From positions 132,497-196,496 of the forward strand of contig CAZNKB010000001.1 of the NCBI GenBank assembly GCA_964573695.1: 64,000 bases of DNA, given 5' to 3'. The notes below the pieces were generated by a model that searched no databases, was not told where the DNA came from, and saw only the letters and a program-made list of their open reading frames with translations. The translations under genes were made by a program, and so were the position numbers. Shown here piece after piece: positions 58,980 through 64,000 of the stretch (positions within the stretch are counted from its first letter, which is position 1; the number at the start of each line of letters is the position of its first letter). The stretch is from an uncultured Gammaproteobacteria bacterium (GTDB taxonomy: Bacteria > Patescibacteriota > Microgenomatia > UBA10105 > UBA927).

Positions 58980-59588
58980 TTAAAGGGAGGCAAATCGTTT
59001 CTCAACGTGGCTCCAGTCAACGACATTCCACCACTGAGTGATATATTCTGCGCGGACGTTTTGATACTTGAGATAATATGCATGCTCCCACACATCCAGA
59101 CAAAGAATGGGATGCTTGCCTTCCATAAGCGGATTATCCTGATTGGGGGTATCGGAAATAGTAAGACTCCCCTTTTCCACATTTAACCATACCCATCCGC
59201 TCCCGAAGCGCCCCAATCCCGCGGACGAAAATTTTTCCTGAAACTGCTCGAAATTTCCGAATGCGGTATTTATCGCTGTGGCAAGAGCGCCCGCCGGAGT
59301 TTTTTGACGGGTAGCGGGCGGCCCCATAATATCCCAAAACATCGTGTGATTGACGTGTCCGCCCCCGTTGTTTCTCACTTTCATACGTATGGATTCCGGA
59401 ACTCGGGACAGATCACAAAGAAGCGCCTCTGCGGATTCTTTGAGTAAGGCATCCTGACCGGCAAGCGCGTCGTTTAAATTTTTGACATACGCTGCGTGGT
59501 GCTTATCATGATGGATCTGCATGGTCCGTTCATCTATAAACGGCTCGAGGGCACTATACGCATATGGCAACTCCGGAAGTGTAAACAT
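58980..59588 (-). CDS. sodA: Superoxide dismutase (Mn/Fe family, Mn-type signatures)
   Basis: HHDKHHAAY, NNGGGHVNH, FGSGW, NQD and DVWEHAYY motifs. Confidence 0.95.
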   Translation of the reverse strand: MFTLPELPYAYSALEPFIDERTMQIHHDKHHAAYVKNLNDALAGQDALLKESAEALLCDLSRVPESIRMKVRNNGGGHVNHTMFWDIMGPPATRQKTPAGALATAINTAFGNFEQFQEKFSSAGLGRFGSGWVWLNVEKGSLTISDTPNQDNPLMEGKHPILCLDVWEHAYYLKYQNVRAEYITQWWNVVDWSHVEKRFASL

Positions 59589-59627
59589 ACATGGTGCCTC
59601 CTTACTACATTATTATATAATGTCCCC

Positions 59628-61868
59628 ATGGCGATTCCTAGGACACAACCCAAACATATCGGTAAATGGATCTATACACGGCGCAAACTTGCTTTTTGGC
59701 TCCTCCCTGCGTTCCTGATCGGGGCATTCTATTGGGTAATCCTTCGCGATCTTCCCTCCCCTGCCAAGCTCGGACGCTATGATGTACCGATCGCGACAAA
59801 AGTCTATGACCGCAATGGCACGCTGCTATTTGACATCTTCGTGGGACAAAACCGTTCCCCTGTCCCGCTTGCCGACATACCCAAGGTCGTGCGCGATGCC
59901 ACTATTTCCATAGAGGACAAAAACTTCTATAAGCATTCGGGTATTAATCCTATCGGAGGAATCGTTCGCGCACTCTATGCTTCGATACTCAACAAAAAAC
60001 TCCAAGGCGGATCAACCATAACCCAGCAACTGGTCAAATCTGCCCTCCTCACCCCCGAACGCACCATAACGAGAAAGCTAAAGGAATTTTTGCTCGCTCC
60101 CACCGTCGAACTTCTTTACTCGAAGGATAAAATTCTCGAAATGTATCTCAATACAGTACCCTACGGGGGTACTGCCTGGGGGATAGAAACTGCCGCCGAA
60201 AAATATTTCGGCAAATCCATAAAAGAAGTGACGCTGGCGCAAGCCGCAATTCTTGCCGGGCTTCCACAAGCCCCAACGCTGTATTCGCCATTCGGAGCAC
60301 ATCCTGAACTCGCCAAAGAACGGCAGCTCGAAGTACTGCGCCGCATGACCGATGACGGCTACATTACCAAAGATGAAGCAGACGCTGCAGCAAGTGAACC
60401 TATCGAGTACAAGCAGGAAACGGGCATCCAGGCTCCTCACTTTGTGATGTATGTGAAAGAGCAGCTTGTACAAAAATACGGCGAAAGTTTGGTAGAGCGC
60501 GGCGGACTCAAGGTGACCACGACGCTGGATCTCGATCTTCAAAATTACACCCAAGCCACTGTCGCCGCCGAAGTTGCTAAGCTCAAAAATGTCCGGGTCG
60601 GTAACGGGGCAGCACTTGTCACCAAACCGTCTACCGGAGAAATCCTTGCTATGGTGGGATCGGTGGATTATTTTGCGACGCCCTCGGGATCATTTAACGT
60701 CACGACGGCACTTCGTCAGCCCGGCTCCTCGATCAAACCGATCAACTATGCAATCGGTATCGAAAACCATATCGTCACCCCCGCCACCATGTTTCTCGAT
60801 ATCCCCACCTGCTTTGCAAATGTCGTCGGTCAACCTGCATATTGCCCCCGGAATTACGACGGTAAATTCCGAGGCCCTGTACAACTTCGTTTTGCCCTGG
60901 GTAATTCGCTCAATATTCCCGCCGTCAAAATGCTTTATCTCAACACGGTCGCCGATATGGTTGCGTCTGCATCGGCGTTCGGACTGGATACGCTCACCGA
61001 CCCGTCCAAATACGGACTCTCTCTCACGTTGGGCGGCGGCGAGGTCCGCATGACAGACATGGCGGAGGCTTTTTCCGTTTTTGCAAATGCAGGACTACGG
61101 CATGATCTTGTGTCCATTCTCAAAGTCGTCGACAAAAACGGTACTGTACTCGATGAATACAAAGACCCCAACCTCGGCAAGGATATCCCCTCCCAACTAT
61201 TACTTACCGGTACGCGCGTCACCAGCCCGGAAACGGCGTTTCTTATTTCTCATATTCTGCTCGATAATAATGCGCGCATGGAAGCCTTCGGGCCAACCTC
61301 GTCGCTTGTTGTCCCGGGCCATGCGGTATCAGTCAAAACAGGAACAACAAACGATCTCCGCGACAACTGGACAATCGGATATACGCCGCAATTTTTGGTA
61401 GCTACATGGGTGGGAAACAATGACAATTCGCCCATGAACAATGCGCTCGTTTCGGGTGTTACCGGAGCCGCTCCCATTTGGAATAAGATCATCAAGCGGG
61501 TACTAGAAGGAAAGCCGGATATTTGGCCGAAACAACCGGACGGCATCGTTGGAGCACGGGTATGTACCACTACGGGACTACTTCCTCCCAATCAGCCCGG
61601 ATCGGAGAGTCAGGGAACAGATCCCGGCAACCAGCCGGATGACGTGCTCGGGTGTCCGACGCGATTCGAATACATTATAAAGGGAACAGCCGCCCGAAGC
61701 ACAAACACAAGAAGCATGGTTGCTATCGACAAAGCAACCGGAGATTTGGCACCCGCAAATCAGACCGATAACATCGAGATGCAAGAACATTCCATAGCCT
61801 GGGACGGTATTACCCGGTGGTGTCTTGACTGTGTACATCCCGAGGGTAAACCGGTCATCGTGAAATAG
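59628..61868 (+). CDS. Class A penicillin-binding protein (transglycosylase + transpeptidase)
   Basis: EDKNF, GGSTITQQ, RKLKE, YLN, SSIK (SxxK), SLN and KTG motifs; start placed at ATG 59628. Confidence 0.93.
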   Translation: MAIPRTQPKHIGKWIYTRRKLAFWLLPAFLIGAFYWVILRDLPSPAKLGRYDVPIATKVYDRNGTLLFDIFVGQNRSPVPLADIPKVVRDATISIEDKNFYKHSGINPIGGIVRALYASILNKKLQGGSTITQQLVKSALLTPERTITRKLKEFLLAPTVELLYSKDKILEMYLNTVPYGGTAWGIETAAEKYFGKSIKEVTLAQAAILAGLPQAPTLYSPFGAHPELAKERQLEVLRRMTDDGYITKDEADAAASEPIEYKQETGIQAPHFVMYVKEQLVQKYGESLVERGGLKVTTTLDLDLQNYTQATVAAEVAKLKNVRVGNGAALVTKPSTGEILAMVGSVDYFATPSGSFNVTTALRQPGSSIKPINYAIGIENHIVTPATMFLDIPTCFANVVGQPAYCPRNYDGKFRGPVQLRFALGNSLNIPAVKMLYLNTVADMVASASAFGLDTLTDPSKYGLSLTLGGGEVRMTDMAEAFSVFANAGLRHDLVSILKVVDKNGTVLDEYKDPNLGKDIPSQLLLTGTRVTSPETAFLISHILLDNNARMEAFGPTSSLVVPGHAVSVKTGTTNDLRDNWTIGYTPQFLVATWVGNNDNSPMNNALVSGVTGAAPIWNKIIKRVLEGKPDIWPKQPDGIVGARVCTTTGLLPPNQPGSESQGTDPGNQPDDVLGCPTRFEYIIKGTAARSTNTRSMVAIDKATGDLAPANQTDNIEMQEHSIAWDGITRWCLDCVHPEGKPVIVK

Positions 61869-61912
61869 CCCCTTGTCTCAGAGCCATATGACGTGATATA
61901 AAAAATGGCGCT

Positions 61913-64000
61913 ATGACGCGCCGCAGCTCACAATCATCTGAGAAACCCCTTTTTTCTCCCATAACCCAAATTGTATTGTTTACTATTCTCTCACTTATCT
62001 CTATCGGAAACGGTCTGCGCGTAGTTATTTCTACGTTCATACGGATCGTCACGTCACTTACCGGTCATGTACTGACGTTAACACGGGAGGTAACCAGCGG
62101 AGGAACAAGCTGGATGCATGAAAAATTCGCTCCGGTCGTCAAACATAACAAGCCCGGGCGCCCGAAACGGACGCGGTCTATTTCTCCTAAGCTATTTCTC
62201 ACTTGGGCCGATAAACGAATTACCCGGTTTATAACGTCAGTCACGGCGTTTGTTCCCACTCTTCGGCTGCCGCGCATTATCCTTCCCAAAATTACGATGC
62301 CGCGCTTTAGGTTCCCGAAAATTTCACTCCCGACAACTCCTCACGCCCCTCTCTCTCCTGCACCGATACCCCGCCGCACCAAACCGGTCTCCATAGCAGC
62401 AACGGCCTACACCAAAAAAACTCATGTGCAATCGTTTGTCGTCGGAGTCTTACTTACCGTAGGATTTATATTCCTGCCGTATAATGCATGGCTCTTCCTC
62501 AAATCGCTTCCAAACCCCCAACTCCTCACACAACGCGATCTGGAGGTAAGTACCAAAATTATGGACAGGAACGGCCAACTTCTGTATGAAATCTACGTAG
62601 ACCAAAACCGCACGCCGGTAAAACTCGAAGACATTCCACTCGTCGTCAAACAGGCAACCATTGCCATAGAAGACCAGGATTTTTATCATCATCCGGGTTT
62701 TTCCATACGTGGCATCCTTCGGGCGCTTTCTGAGATTACCATACACAAGCAAATTCAGGGAGGATCAACGATTACCCAACAATTGATCAAATCGGCATTA
62801 CTCACTCCCGAAGTGAGCGTCATACGGAAAACCAAAGAAATTATTCTTGCGTTTTGGGCGGAACGCATATTTTCGAAAGATCAAATATTTGAAATGTACC
62901 TAAACCAGGTTCCGTATGGCGGCACTACCTGGGGAATAGAAGCGGCCGCACAAACGTATTTTCATAAATCAGTGGCCCGGCTCACACTTGCAGAAGCCGC
63001 TCTTTTGGCAGGACTTCCGGCAGCCCCAAGCGAATATTCACCATTTGGCAGCCACCCGGAAAAAGCACTTGTCCGCCAGAGAGAAGTACTCGACCGCATG
63101 CAGGCAGACGGGTACATTACCGAAGAACAAAAACAACAAGCACTTGCCAGTCCGATACAATTTGCCCAACCGAGAATCGGCATCAGGGCGCCGCACTTTG
63201 TCATGTATATCAAGGACTTACTCGAAAAAACGTACGGCCCGAGACTTGTGGAGCGCGGCGGACTCCGGGTTATCACATCACTTGATCTTGCCATACAGGA
63301 AAAAGCCGAAGAAATAGTCAAAACGCACGTTGATTCGCTTGCTAACCTTCAGGTAGGGAACGGGGCGGCAGTGATCACGAACCCGAGAAGCGGTGATATT
63401 CTCGCCATGGTCGGAAGCCATGATTATTTCGACGTCGCACACGACGGAAACGTCAACGTCACAACAGCCATGCAGCAACCCGGTTCGGCCATAAAAGTTG
63501 TCACCTACGCCGCCGCCATGGAAACCGGCATGACTGCCGCCACCATAATAAACGATGCGCCCATTGTCTATCAAAATACCGGAAGCCCCGCATACGCTCC
63601 GGTCAATTATGACGGCAAATTCCACGGACCGGTGCCTCTTCGATACGCTCTTGCCAACTCCTACAACATTCCGGCAGTCAAAACGCTTGCGACGATAGGG
63701 CTGCCGGTCATGATGGAAAAGGCACAAAAAATGGGAATCGATACATGGGGAAATGACCCGAGTCGATACGGACTTTCGCTCACCCTTGGGGGCGCCGACG
63801 TCACCATGCTGGAAATGGCAAAAGTATACGGGACGCTCGCAAACATGGGCCAAAGCCAAAATCTGCGTCCGATACTCGAAGTAAGCGACTACACCGGAAA
63901 AGTAATGGAAGATCACCGCCCCAGCAAATCACGAGATGCCCTCAAACCAGAAGTCGCCTGGATAATTTCAAATATCCTGTCCGATAACAGTGCTCGTCAA
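61913..64000 (+). CDS. Second class A penicillin-binding protein (runs off the window end)
   Basis: Not in the ORF track. Open frame from ATG 61913 (MTRRSSQ...) with EDQDF, GGSTITQQ, RKTKE, YLNQVPYG, SAIK and SYN motifs. Confidence 0.9.
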   Translation, partial: MTRRSSQSSEKPLFSPITQIVLFTILSLISIGNGLRVVISTFIRIVTSLTGHVLTLTREVTSGGTSWMHEKFAPVVKHNKPGRPKRTRSISPKLFLTWADKRITRFITSVTAFVPTLRLPRIILPKITMPRFRFPKISLPTTPHAPLSPAPIPRRTKPVSIAATAYTKKTHVQSFVVGVLLTVGFIFLPYNAWLFLKSLPNPQLLTQRDLEVSTKIMDRNGQLLYEIYVDQNRTPVKLEDIPLVVKQATIAIEDQDFYHHPGFSIRGILRALSEITIHKQIQGGSTITQQLIKSALLTPEVSVIRKTKEIILAFWAERIFSKDQIFEMYLNQVPYGGTTWGIEAAAQTYFHKSVARLTLAEAALLAGLPAAPSEYSPFGSHPEKALVRQREVLDRMQADGYITEEQKQQALASPIQFAQPRIGIRAPHFVMYIKDLLEKTYGPRLVERGGLRVITSLDLAIQEKAEEIVKTHVDSLANLQVGNGAAVITNPRSGDILAMVGSHDYFDVAHDGNVNVTTAMQQPGSAIKVVTYAAAMETGMTAATIINDAPIVYQNTGSPAYAPVNYDGKFHGPVPLRYALANSYNIPAVKTLATIGLPVMMEKAQKMGIDTWGNDPSRYGLSLTLGGADVTMLEMAKVYGTLANMGQSQNLRPILEVSDYTGKVMEDHRPSKSRDALKPEVAWIISNILSDNSARQ

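Overview
This 64-kb window looks like chromosome from a Candidate Phyla Radiation bacterium (Patescibacteria, probably Microgenomates). That assignment is inferred from gene content and style: compact genes, many leaderless promoters, Thr/Pro-rich surface proteins, a VirD4/TrwB-like ATPase and tRNA-Ile(UAU). Housekeeping content: hrcA-grpE-dnaK and groES-groEL (each with a CIRCE operator), murJ, rpsT, tpiA, two UvrD/PcrA-family helicases, rmuC, metG, tatD, tsaD, idi, nrdR-nrdJ-pduO, gapN, sodA and two class A PBPs. Envelope content: a surface-protein/pilN-pilO cluster, LCP, two FemABX enzymes, VanW and a GT2/GT-C/WecA/DPPR-synthase glycosylation locus. There is no CRISPR array, rRNA or recognisable intact mobile element. 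The most notable signals are missing from the ORF track. (1) A class-II cobalamin riboswitch at 48665-48775 (-), placed after nrdR-nrdJ-pduO, is predicted to sequester the RBS of an unrecognisable 670-aa gene that lies upstream of a coupling-protein-like ATPase; this is a candidate new B12-linked system. (2) A complete tRNA-Ile(UAU) is nested between the split 5' and 3' halves of an identical tRNA, with structured flanks (41937-42275). (3) A set of exported proteins shares a TM + x-[K/R]-A N-terminal motif and LPXTG-like C-terminal anchors. All calls come from reading motifs by eye; no database searches were run.
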